Positions 7,804 through 15,909 of a stretch of 64,000 nucleotides of DNA are shown here, piece after piece. This DNA is from an uncultured Gemmatimonadales bacterium (lineage in GTDB: Bacteria; Gemmatimonadota; Gemmatimonadetes; Gemmatimonadales; GWC2-71-9), in contig CAWJMT010000035.1 in NCBI GenBank assembly GCA_963844035.1, positions 9,537 to 73,536 on the forward strand. The letters run 5' to 3'. Below the pieces are notes generated by a model. The model was given only the letters and a program-made list of their open reading frames with translations. It did not search any database and was not told the origin of the DNA. Both the position numbers and the translations under genes were made by a program. Each line of letters opens with the position of its first letter. Within the stretch, counting starts at the first letter, position 1.

Positions 7804-9336
7804 GTGATGATCCGGCATCTGTCATACATCGTTCTTGTTCTGGTGCCGGCATGCACGCCGGACGTGGCACCCTCAGCGGCCGGGGACGCGGTCTTCTGTG
7901 CCACGATCCACCGAGACACGGCCGTTGGCCTGGCCCGGCAACTGCAGCCCGTGGAGTCCCTGATGGCGCGTAAGACCGGCGCGTACGTGCTGGAGGACGG
8001 CGGCGGCGCCCTGATCGCACGCGCCTGGCTGAGCGAGTATGCCGACCACACTATCGACGTTCAGTATTTCATCTTCTCCGCGGACAACATTGGGCTCATT
8101 GCGGCAGACTATCTCGTCCGTGCGGCCGACCGGGGGGTCAGGGTTCGGGTGCTCGTGGACGACCTCCTGCTGGAGGCGGATGCCACGGTATTGCTGGCCC
8201 TCGACGCGCACCCGAATCTTGAGATCCGCATCTACAACCCCACTGTGAACATCGGGAAGAAGCTTCCGCGAAGGCTCTTCAACGTGATCACAGACTTCCG
8301 CGGAATCAACCAGCGGATGCACACCAAGACCTTTATCGTGGATGGACGCATCGTGATAACCGGGGGGCGGAACATCGCAGACGAGTATTTCGACTATGAT
8401 CACGAGTATAACTTCCGCGACCGGGATGTTCTCCTCCTTGGCGGGGTCGCCACCCAGGTCGAGGCGGTCTTTGAGCAGTTCTGGAATGACGCGCTGAGCC
8501 GCCCGGTCGGGGAGCTGGTACACGCCTCGGCAGCGAATCGCCCCGATCCCGCTCGCCTCGAATGGCTGCATCAGTACGCGTGCAATCCTGCCAACTACTG
8601 GCCTCAGGTCCGGGAGCGGGTGAACAGTATTCCCGTTGCCTTTGAAGAGCTGCGGGCCTCCGGCAAGCTGCAGTGGCTCGACAGCGTGACCTACGTTGCC
8701 GATGTGCCCGGAAAGAACGATGGCAGTCGGGGTCTAGGAGGTGGCGGTGCCACGCTTGACGCCCTCATGGCTCTCGTGCAGCATGCCCACACTTCGGTCG
8801 CCATTCAGTCGCCTTACGTGGTCACGACGGACTTGGGTCGATCGGTCCTGCGCGACGCCGTCGAGCGCGGGGTCGAGGTCCGACTCCTCACGAACAGCCT
8901 GGCCTCGACGGATAACCTGGAGGCCTTCAGCGGCTATCAAAGGGATCGGGAGGCGCTGCTGCGAACCGGCGTCCGCGTGTTCGAGTTCCGTCCCGACGCC
9001 GCCGAACGCGTGACGATCATGACGGGGGCACTGCCGCCGACGCTGACTCACCTACCCATCTTTGGCCTGCATGCCAAGTCCATGGTGATCGACCGACACA
9101 TCACAGTGATCGGCACCTTCAACTTGGACCCGCGCAGCGCCAACCTCAACACGGAATGCATCACGGTCATCTACTCGGACCGGATCGCGTCGGAGGTGCT
9201 GGCGGGAATGGAGGTGGAGTTCCGACCGGAGAACGCATGGGAGACTACGCTGAGTGCGAACCCCGATGCGCGCGCCGGCCTAATCAAGCGCATGAAGGCC
9301 TGGACTCGGCGCGTTGTACCCAAGAGCATACTGTAG
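7804..9336 (+). CDS. Phospholipase D / cardiolipin-synthase-like protein, lipoprotein signal
   Basis: Two HKD motifs (RMHTKTFIVDGRIVITGGRNIADEY and GLHAKSMVIDRHITVIGTFNLDPRS). N-terminus MMIRHLSYIVLVLVPAC. Confidence 0.9.
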   Translation: MMIRHLSYIVLVLVPACTPDVAPSAAGDAVFCATIHRDTAVGLARQLQPVESLMARKTGAYVLEDGGGALIARAWLSEYADHTIDVQYFIFSADNIGLIAADYLVRAADRGVRVRVLVDDLLLEADATVLLALDAHPNLEIRIYNPTVNIGKKLPRRLFNVITDFRGINQRMHTKTFIVDGRIVITGGRNIADEYFDYDHEYNFRDRDVLLLGGVATQVEAVFEQFWNDALSRPVGELVHASAANRPDPARLEWLHQYACNPANYWPQVRERVNSIPVAFEELRASGKLQWLDSVTYVADVPGKNDGSRGLGGGGATLDALMALVQHAHTSVAIQSPYVVTTDLGRSVLRDAVERGVEVRLLTNSLASTDNLEAFSGYQRDREALLRTGVRVFEFRPDAAERVTIMTGALPPTLTHLPIFGLHAKSMVIDRHITVIGTFNLDPRSANLNTECITVIYSDRIASEVLAGMEVEFRPENAWETTLSANPDARAGLIKRMKAWTRRVVPKSIL

Positions 9337-9348
9337 AGAGGCGCGCGC

Positions 9349-9450
9349 GCGTATCAAGCGCGTGAAGCTGCCGGCGCGGTCTCCGCGGGGTGGAATTGCG
9401 TTCTGTGCGTCCGTACTGCATCTGGTGGAGCGGTTGTGGTGAAATCGGGA
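9349..9450 (+). repeat. Truncated, degenerate attC (left ~two-thirds)
   Basis: GCGTATCAAGCGCGTGAAGCTGCCGGCGCGG..GGAATTGCGTTCTGTGCG..GAGCGGTTG follows the family consensus with a degenerate R'' (GCGTATC). The right arm and R' are absent. Confidence 0.6.
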
Positions 9451-9543
9451 GACAGCGCTGGTCTTGAGGGGGCAGTGGCGCCGAGCCGTCCCGGTTCGAG
9501 TTCGGGCCAGGGCATGTCTCGGAAGGTTATCCCCAGGTGGCGC

Positions 9544-9810
9544 TCAGGGGATGCCGCTTCCCATCCTGTAGCCCCAATCGAAGCACACGCCAGCATTGGA
9601 CGCGAAGCACTCGAACTGCGCGATGAGGACCGAGTAGTAGGGCGACGCATCAGTTGGTTGCCGATACCGATTCCAGCCGGCGAACGGCTTGTCGGACCTC
9701 CAATAACACTCCGTGCCGTAGAGAGACGGATAGTAGGACACGAGCGCCCCGCCCGTCACGCAAGTTCCGAGATTGATGAAATTGACTAGCACGCTGCCAA
9801 CGTTGTACAT
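9544..9810 (-). CDS. Reverse-oriented small Cys/aromatic-rich hypothetical protein
   Basis: Only the last 88 codons (from ATG 9810) of ORF 9544..10638(-) look coding: MYNVGSVLVNFINLGTCVTGG..YGTECYWRSDKPFAGWNRY..FECFASNAGVCFDWGYRMGSGIP. The rest of that ORF runs through an attC. The start is uncertain (GTG at 9831 or 9858 is possible). Confidence 0.4.
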   Translation of the reverse strand: MYNVGSVLVNFINLGTCVTGGALVSYYPSLYGTECYWRSDKPFAGWNRYRQPTDASPYYSVLIAQFECFASNAGVCFDWGYRMGSGIP

Positions 9811-9999
9811 CGATGACCATCGGACGCGCACGGCGGAGGCAGATGTCCCGTCGCACACCTCGAAGGCTGCCCCGTTTTCACACGCCGCTCGTGAATCGGA
9901 GCGTGCGAAAGACCTCGACGGTGCCTCGGCATCGCGAGGTCGACGAGTTTCTGGCCCGCAAGATCTGTCGCGATCTTGAAGTTCCTGAAGCGCTCCGAC

Positions 10000-10126
10000 G
10001 CCTAACAAGCGCGTGAAGCTGGCGGCGCGGCCCTCACGAGGTAGAATTGCGTTTGTGCGCCCGTCTGCATCTGTGGATCGGTTGATCATCGGCGTGCCCG
10101 GCGGGGCGGGGCGCCGCAGCTTACGC
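10000..10126 (+). repeat. attC-like site, 141-bp family, lacking the R' end
   Basis: Matches the consensus from GCCTAACAAGCGCGTGAAGCTG through ..GCGCCGCAGCTTACGC. The expected GCATTCCGTTAGGC is then replaced by unrelated sequence. Confidence 0.75.
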
Positions 10127-10143
10127 CGCCTCTCGCGCGCCGC

Positions 10144-10683
10144 GTGAGAGCGTTCGTCGCCGCGCTCTGCGCGCTCCCCTGGCTTGCAGCGCAGGCCGAC
10201 GAGCTCTCCATCTTCAAGACCTGGCTCGATCGCGAGCATCCCGGCTACCACTCCGACGAAGGGCCCGCGCCGTTCCGCAACAAGACCGTCGAGGCCGCGT
10301 ATCCTGGGGTGCACTTCTACTACGTGCTCACCTACCCGCGGGGGATCCCGCCACCGTACCGCAACATGCTGACGCTCGTCGCCCAAGTGGACGAGCACGG
10401 CGCCGTGCTGCCGGTTCGCGCAATGGAGACGTTTCGGCGCGGCCTTCGCCCGGTGAAGACTAAGGAAGACGCGCCCAAGGTGGCCGCCGCCGTCCTCATC
10501 CTCGCATTCAGCGATCCGGGACAGCGGCGCTGGCCGTTCGTGCCCGAGAAATTCGTCGTGAAGCGGAAGAGCGGCGGCTGGGTTTGCACCTATTCCACCG
10601 GCTTTGGGTACGAGTCGGTCGTCACCTTCGACAAACATGGGACGCTCGTGTCCTTTAGCGCGAACGCCCCGCCTGTGGGCTAG
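10144..10683 (+). CDS. Secreted hypothetical protein
   Basis: GTG start. Signal peptide MRAFVAALCALPWLAAQA/DE. No motif recognised. Confidence 0.6.
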   Translation: MRAFVAALCALPWLAAQADELSIFKTWLDREHPGYHSDEGPAPFRNKTVEAAYPGVHFYYVLTYPRGIPPPYRNMLTLVAQVDEHGAVLPVRAMETFRRGLRPVKTKEDAPKVAAAVLILAFSDPGQRRWPFVPEKFVVKRKSGGWVCTYSTGFGYESVVTFDKHGTLVSFSANAPPVG

Positions 10684-10703
10684 GCGACGCAGACCTCTAA
10701 AAC

Positions 10704-10988
10704 ATGCCTGCGTACTTCAGCGTTCATCGGGTCTTTCACCTCACCGGCACAGGGCCAGTCGTCGCGGGCCATATTCTCGACGGCGTCATTCGATCCGGGA
10801 TGCTTGCTGCCATCGATGATCGTCCGGACCTCGGTCCGTGGCGGATCGGGGACGTGGGTTTTGCCGACAACGTCTCCCAGGCCAAGCGTTACGTGCTGCT
10901 CACGTTCCCGACTGTCCTATTGGTGGATGATCTGTGCAACGCACTGCCCCCTGGAAGCGTTTTGACGATCAACAACCCTGATCCATAA
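10704..10988 (+). CDS. Small hypothetical protein (possible EF-Tu domain-2-like beta barrel)
   Basis: ORF 10704..10988. VFHLTGTGPVVAGHILDGVIRSGM resembles the translation-factor domain 2 signature. This is a weak call. Confidence 0.45.
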   Translation: MPAYFSVHRVFHLTGTGPVVAGHILDGVIRSGMLAAIDDRPDLGPWRIGDVGFADNVSQAKRYVLLTFPTVLLVDDLCNALPPGSVLTINNPDP

Positions 10989-11076
10989 CGCCATGCCATC
11001 AAAGACAGGCTGGAAGGCGCGGATGCCAGCGCCTTCGATCGAGTCTTTGTGGCGATGGGGTTCGCTACGGGGGCCC

Positions 11077-11628
11077 ATGAGACCGCTGCGATACTCGATC
11101 AACGTCACCCTCGACGGGTGCTGCGATCACCGGGTGGGGATCGCGGACGAAGAGTTGCACTCCCATGCCGTCGTCAATCTCGAACGAGCCGATGCGCTGC
11201 TGTTTGGCCGCGTGACCTACGAGATGATGGAGGCTGCGTTTCGGCCGTCGGAGCGGACGGGAGCGCTACTTGATTGGATGGTCCCCTTCGCCCGGAAGAT
11301 CGACGCGGCAAGGAAGTACGTCGTGTCGAGCACCCTGGACCGGGTCGATTGGAACGCGGAGCTCGTGCGGGGGGACCTGGGGAAAGCCGTTCAGCAGCTC
11401 AAGCGTGAGCCGGGCAAAGGCCTGCTCGTGGGAGGCGTGAAGCTCCCGCTGGCTTTGGCGAGCCTGGGATTGATCGATGAGTACGAGTTTGTCGTGCACC
11501 CCATCCTGGCGGGCCGAGGGCCGACGTTGTTCGCTGGCTTGAGCGAGCGGATCGATCTGCGGCTCGTGGGCCGCCAGCAGTTCCGGTCGGGGGCGGTGGT
11601 TCTGCGTTACCAGCCCGCGAAGCTGTAA
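11077..11628 (+). CDS. Dihydrofolate-reductase-like (RibD C-terminal domain) family protein
   Basis: In-frame ATG at 11077. MRPLRYSINVTLDGCCDH.. then ALLFGRVTYEMMEAAFRP and GKGLLVGGVKLPLAL are typical of the RibD_C family. Confidence 0.8.
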   Translation: MRPLRYSINVTLDGCCDHRVGIADEELHSHAVVNLERADALLFGRVTYEMMEAAFRPSERTGALLDWMVPFARKIDAARKYVVSSTLDRVDWNAELVRGDLGKAVQQLKREPGKGLLVGGVKLPLALASLGLIDEYEFVVHPILAGRGPTLFAGLSERIDLRLVGRQQFRSGAVVLRYQPAKL

Positions 11629-12452
11629 TGCGCGACTTGTCGAAACGGTTGCGCGGCGGCGATTTCCGCCACGCCGTCGAGGCGGTGGCGGCGTTGCGTC
11701 ACTTGGACCCGGCGACCGGCGCGGACCTCGTCCCTTCGATCGACCCGAAGGACGAGCAGCGGGCATTCCAGCTTCTGATCGCGCAACTGGTGGCCGTCGG
11801 CGGCGTGCACCACCTGGCGGCGCGGTGGCGCGACTTGCCGTCGCCGCAATGGCGCGAAATGCTGGTGAGCGAGATCGGCCAGGCCTTTCACCTGTGGGTC
11901 GACGAAGGCACCATCGAGCTGTTGCTCGCCGCGCTTGACGATCCGGACGACAACGTTGCGCGACGGGCCGTGAAGCTGCTCACGGGCTGCCTCCGCGAGC
12001 CACCGGCCAAGGAGCGCAAGGAAATCGCGAAGACGCTTCGCGGCAAGGCAGCGCTCAAGGCGTGGGACCAGGCCGCCGCATGGATGACTCCGGCGCGGCG
12101 TGCCCGGGTCGCCAAGGCCGTGACCGCCGCGCTCGATCGCTGCGCCGACAATCCGCAGGCGCTGACTTGGCCGGACGACTACATCGAGCTCCTCGGCCAC
12201 AGCGCGACCTGCACTGACCAGCACGCCATCGCACTGCTGGAGGGGTTTCGCAAGATGGCAGGCGAGACGCGCGGCTCCGAATTCGAGGCGCTCGATCCCG
12301 AAAACCTGCCGTGGCCCACGTCAATTCTCGCGAAAAAGAAGGGCATCCCGCCCGGTACGCCGTTCGTTCGCGTCCGGTCCATACCCACCGGTCTCCTCGA
12401 CCTCAAGGGGCTGGAGGACGCCATCGAGCGCATTCGACGCCGCGAGGTTTGA
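11628..12452 (+). CDS. HEAT-like repeat hypothetical protein
   Basis: The ATG overlaps the previous stop (TAATG). LLLAALDDPDDNVARRAVKLLTG is a HEAT-type unit. Helical composition. Confidence 0.6.
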   Translation: MRDLSKRLRGGDFRHAVEAVAALRHLDPATGADLVPSIDPKDEQRAFQLLIAQLVAVGGVHHLAARWRDLPSPQWREMLVSEIGQAFHLWVDEGTIELLLAALDDPDDNVARRAVKLLTGCLREPPAKERKEIAKTLRGKAALKAWDQAAAWMTPARRARVAKAVTAALDRCADNPQALTWPDDYIELLGHSATCTDQHAIALLEGFRKMAGETRGSEFEALDPENLPWPTSILAKKKGIPPGTPFVRVRSIPTGLLDLKGLEDAIERIRRREV

Positions 12453-12457
12453 CCACC

Positions 12458-12757
12458 ATGCGCAAACTCATTGTCTGCAACATCATCTCGCTTGACGGCT
12501 GCTTTTCCGGCCCGGGTGGGAACGTCATGGTCATGCCGTTCGACAACGGCTTCTCGGATTACAACGCGGAACGGCTCCGGGTCACGCTCTCTGGATGGTT
12601 CTTCCTCACGCTTGGACTCTTCCCCATGTTTGCCGTAGGACTTTGCCAACGAGGGCCCGGACAAACGAGCGCGACCGTGTTCATGGTGCTGGAAGGTGTC
12701 TTGCTGGTCCTTGGACTGGTGATGACCTTCCAGGCTTATCGTCGCGAGGTTGTGTAG
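12458..12757 (+). pseudogene. RibD_C-like gene fragment fused to an unrelated hydrophobic tail
   Basis: MRKLIVCNIISLDGCFSGPGGNVMVMPFD is a family-typical N-terminus. After ~45 aa the reading frame becomes hydrophobic (WFFLTLGLFPMFAVGL..VLLVLGLVMTF), and no frame continues the family. Confidence 0.45.
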
Positions 12758-12777
12758 CAACCCATCACGGAGCAATC

Positions 12778-13581
12778 ATGCGCTGGATCCCCGGTAGCCG
12801 AAGCGAAAACCTCGAGGACCGCCGCGGCCAACGATTCGGCGGTTTCGGCCGACTTGGTCTGGGAGGCGCGGTCATCGTCGTGGTTCTCAGCCTCGTGTTT
12901 GGGCGTGACTTCACCGGAATCTTGACTGACGGCGGGGAAGTCGGCTCCCAGTCCGCTCCGGACGGGTCCGCGGCACCAGTCCAGTCCACGCCCCAGGAAG
13001 AACGGCTCGTCGACTTCGTCTCGTTCGTGCTGGACAGCGCGCAGGCCACCTGGGCCCGGATCCTGCCGCAGCAAGGCGCCCGCTATCGCCCCGCGAAACT
13101 CGTGCTGTTCCGCGATGCGGTGCAGTCCGCCTGCGGGTTCGGCCAGGCCGCCAGTGGGCCGTTCTACTGTCCTGGCGACGAAAAGGTGTACATCGACCTC
13201 GGCTTCTTCGAGGAGCTCAAAACCCGCTTCGGCGCCCCTGGCGATTTTGCCCAGGCCTACGTTCTCGCCCATGAGCTCGGCCACCACGTCCAGAACCTGC
13301 GCGGCACCATGGGCGCGGCGCGCGACAACCAACAGTCCGTCCAGATCGAGCTGCAGGCCGACTGCCTTGCGGGCGTCTGGGGCTACCACGCGTCCCGGCA
13401 GAACCTGCTCGAGCCCGGTGACGTGGAAGAGGGCATGGGTGCCGCAGCGGCGGTCGGCGATGATCGAGTGACCGGCGGCCGCGTGAGCCCCGAGAACTTC
13501 ACCCACGGCTCGTCCGCCCAACGCATCGCCGCGTTCCGGCGCGGGCTCACGTCCGGCCGCGTAGCTGACTGCGGCCCCTAG
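12778..13581 (+). CDS. YpfJ-like neutral zinc metallopeptidase, copy 1
   Basis: ATG at 12778 within ORF 12595..13581. MRWIPGSRSENLEDRRG, one TM segment, and an HELGHH zinc motif (AYVLAHELGHHVQN). Confidence 0.9.
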   Translation: MRWIPGSRSENLEDRRGQRFGGFGRLGLGGAVIVVVLSLVFGRDFTGILTDGGEVGSQSAPDGSAAPVQSTPQEERLVDFVSFVLDSAQATWARILPQQGARYRPAKLVLFRDAVQSACGFGQAASGPFYCPGDEKVYIDLGFFEELKTRFGAPGDFAQAYVLAHELGHHVQNLRGTMGAARDNQQSVQIELQADCLAGVWGYHASRQNLLEPGDVEEGMGAAAAVGDDRVTGGRVSPENFTHGSSAQRIAAFRRGLTSGRVADCGP

Positions 13582-13602
13582 AGGTGAAGGATTCATGATC
13601 TC

Positions 13603-15117
13603 ATGGTGACCCGGTGGCGTGCTCTGCTCCTCGGCGCCGTGGTGGCGCTCACGGCGTGCGGTCGCGACAAGCCGGCAGCGCAACAGGCGCCAATCGAGGA
13701 GGCCGAGGCTCCACTCCCGCCCTCCGACATCGAAACCCAGCTCCCGGCTTCGGTGCGCGAGGCGGTGCTGAGACCGTTTACCGGCGACGTCGACGAGCTC
13801 GTCAAGCTGCGGGTCGTGCGGGTCGGCGTGGCGTTCAATCGCACGTTCTATTACGTCGACAAGGGCGTGCCACGCGGCATCGCGTATGAGTACGGCCAGC
13901 TCATGGAGGCACGGCTCAACCAGCACTTCCACACCGGCAACAGCAACAAGATCCACGTGGTCTTCCTGCCGCTGCCGCGCGAAATGCTGCTGTCGGCGCT
14001 CATCGAGGGCAAGGTGGACCTGGTCGCGGCGCAACTCCCCGTGACGCCCGAGCTGCAGCAGCACGTCGCCTTCAGCGATCCCACCCGGACGAACGTCCAC
14101 CAGATCGTGGTCACCGGCCCCGGGGAGGGCGCGCCGGCGATCCGCACCATCGAGGACCTGTCGGGCAAAGAAGTGTTCGCCCGCGAATTCGGCGGCTATT
14201 CCCAGAGCCTGCAGGCGCTCAACGAGCTATTCAAATCCCACGGCAGGCCGCCGGTGGTGATCCGGCAGGCCCCGGCGAACCTGGAGGACGACGACCTGCT
14301 CGAGATGGTGAACGCCGGCCTGATCCCGGCCGTCGTGGTCGACGACTATCTCGCCGCTTTCTGGAAGAAAGTGTTTCGGAAACTCGTCGTCCACGACAGC
14401 ATCACGCTGCACTCCGGCGGGACGCTCGCGATCGCCGTGCGCAAGAACAACCCGCACCTGCTCGCGGCGCTGAACACGTTCATGGGGAAGTACGGGTTGG
14501 GCACGCCCTTTGGGGATCGGGTCAACCGGGACTACCTCGTCAACGCGAGCTACGCGAAGAGCGCCACGTCTGTGAGGGAGCGCAAGGCGTTCCTGGCGGT
14601 CGTGGCGCTGTTTCGGAAGTACAGCGACCGGTACAACATGGATTTCCTGCTGATGGCCGCTCAAGGATACCAGGAGTCCCGGCTCCGTCAGCACGCCCGG
14701 AGCCCGGTCGGTGCCATCGGCATCATGCAAATCATGCCGGAGACCGGCCGGTTATTGAACGTCGGCGACATCACCCAACTCGAACCGAATATCCATGCCG
14801 GCGTCAAGTTTATGAGCGACCTCCGGAACCGGAACTTCGCGAACGAGCCGATGGACGACCTGAACAAAGGGCTCTTCAGCTTCGCGGCGTACAACGCGGG
14901 ACCGACCCGGGTGCGCCGGTTGCGGGAGGAAGCCGAGCAGCGCGGCCTGAACCCCAACGTCTGGTTTGGAAACGTGGAGCAGATCGCGTCCGAGCGCATT
15001 GGGCGCGAGACCGTCACCTACGTCGCCAACATTTTCAAATACTACGTTGCATACCGGCTGGTGATGGAGGAGACGGAGCGCCGGGACGCAGCCAAGGCGG
15101 CGGTGAAAGCGCAGTAG
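13603..15117 (+). CDS. MltF-like lytic transglycosylase (SBP_bac_3 + SLT domains), lipoprotein
   Basis: N-terminus LLLGAVVALTAC has a lipobox. The N-terminal half resembles a periplasmic solute-binding protein. The C-terminal SLT signature is GYQESRLRQHARSPVGAIGIMQIMPETG..AAYNAGP. Confidence 0.85.
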   Translation: MVTRWRALLLGAVVALTACGRDKPAAQQAPIEEAEAPLPPSDIETQLPASVREAVLRPFTGDVDELVKLRVVRVGVAFNRTFYYVDKGVPRGIAYEYGQLMEARLNQHFHTGNSNKIHVVFLPLPREMLLSALIEGKVDLVAAQLPVTPELQQHVAFSDPTRTNVHQIVVTGPGEGAPAIRTIEDLSGKEVFAREFGGYSQSLQALNELFKSHGRPPVVIRQAPANLEDDDLLEMVNAGLIPAVVVDDYLAAFWKKVFRKLVVHDSITLHSGGTLAIAVRKNNPHLLAALNTFMGKYGLGTPFGDRVNRDYLVNASYAKSATSVRERKAFLAVVALFRKYSDRYNMDFLLMAAQGYQESRLRQHARSPVGAIGIMQIMPETGRLLNVGDITQLEPNIHAGVKFMSDLRNRNFANEPMDDLNKGLFSFAAYNAGPTRVRRLREEAEQRGLNPNVWFGNVEQIASERIGRETVTYVANIFKYYVAYRLVMEETERRDAAKAAVKAQ

Positions 15118-15230
15118 GATCGTGACGTCCATGGACGCAATCACGCTCGATGATAGTGATGGAGCCGAGGCGCTGCCCATCTGTCGCTCCAGCCCCACAC
15201 CGCTGCGCTCCCTCTCGCGCCCGCCGCTGA

Positions 15231-15248
15231 ACGCTCCTATCGTTAGGC
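15231..15248 (+). repeat. attC right-arm remnant (R' core GTTAGGC at 15242-15248)
   Basis: ACGCTCCTATCGTTAGGC compared with the family ACGCGCATTCCGTTAGGC. It lies between the MltF-like stop and the next ORF. Confidence 0.45.
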
Positions 15249-15315
15249 CGCATTCTCCCAACAGGCGGCATCCCTGATAGACCGTTGGTATCTGCTCCGG
15301 GTCAAGACGGCAGGG

Positions 15316-15909
15316 TTGCTCGGAGGTACTAACCTCGGGCAGGAGTTCGACCATACCAATGCCTGCAGCACGTGCGGTGCCGGGGCGCAGCCTGTCCCTC
15401 CGATCCTTGCGGATCTGGCGCGTATGGGCAGCAAGCAGCTCGACGTCACCGCCCACGATGGCCTGATCATCGTCGCTCGCGACCTGGCCGCGCGGTTCGA
15501 GGCAGCCGGTCTGACGGGCTTCAAGTCGTTGCCGGTTCGCGGCCGCTCTCCGAAGGCACCACACGACGCATTCAGGCATATCGCCATTTCCAACGTCTGG
15601 CCCCCGTTGCATCAGAGCAGCCGACTTGCAACGGAGGACCTCTGCCCGGTCTGTCGCCGTGCTGGTCATTTTGATATTCACCCAACCGGAACTCAGCTGG
15701 TATACTCCGCGCCCCCTCAAGCCGCAACGGATTTCGGTCGCACGTGGGAGTACTTTGGGACCTGGCATCTCGCAGCTCGTCCTGGAAGGCCTCCGGTTGG
15801 CGGCCACCAGTTTGTCATCGTCTCGGAACAGGCACGCGCCCTGCTCGGCTCGCTGCATCGTCGTCACCTCGCATTCGAGCCTGTGGTGATCAGAGAGAGT
15901 GCGGCCTAA
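15316..15909 (+). CDS. Hypothetical protein with CSTCG and CPVC motifs (possibly the double-CXXCG family)
   Basis: ORF 15316..15909 (TTG start). The frame stays open upstream to 15247 (..DRWYLLRVKTAG) without a canonical start codon. The stop TAA lies inside a GCCTAAC core. Confidence 0.55.
   Translation: MLGGTNLGQEFDHTNACSTCGAGAQPVPPILADLARMGSKQLDVTAHDGLIIVARDLAARFEAAGLTGFKSLPVRGRSPKAPHDAFRHIAISNVWPPLHQSSRLATEDLCPVCRRAGHFDIHPTGTQLVYSAPPQAATDFGRTWEYFGTWHLAARPGRPPVGGHQFVIVSEQARALLGSLHRRHLAFEPVVIRESAA

Noticed and set aside
1-10126. The regularly spaced repeats could be a CRISPR array.
   Set aside because: The repeats are ~141 bp with long internal inverted repeats, which is far longer than CRISPR repeats. 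The spacers are 0.6-4.4 kb and contain whole ORFs. No cas genes are present.
9544-10638. A 364-aa minus-strand ORF.
   Set aside because: It runs antisense through an attC and through the + strand secreted-protein gene (10144-10683). Only its last 88 codons look coding, and these are reported separately.
10981-11076. A possible short attC after ORF 10704..10988 (CCATAAC containing the stop, plus the hairpin GAAGGCGC-N8-GCGCCTTC at 11013-11036).
   Set aside because: There is no complementary GTTATGG/GTTRRRY core downstream and no similarity to either attC family. It is more simply a terminator-like hairpin.
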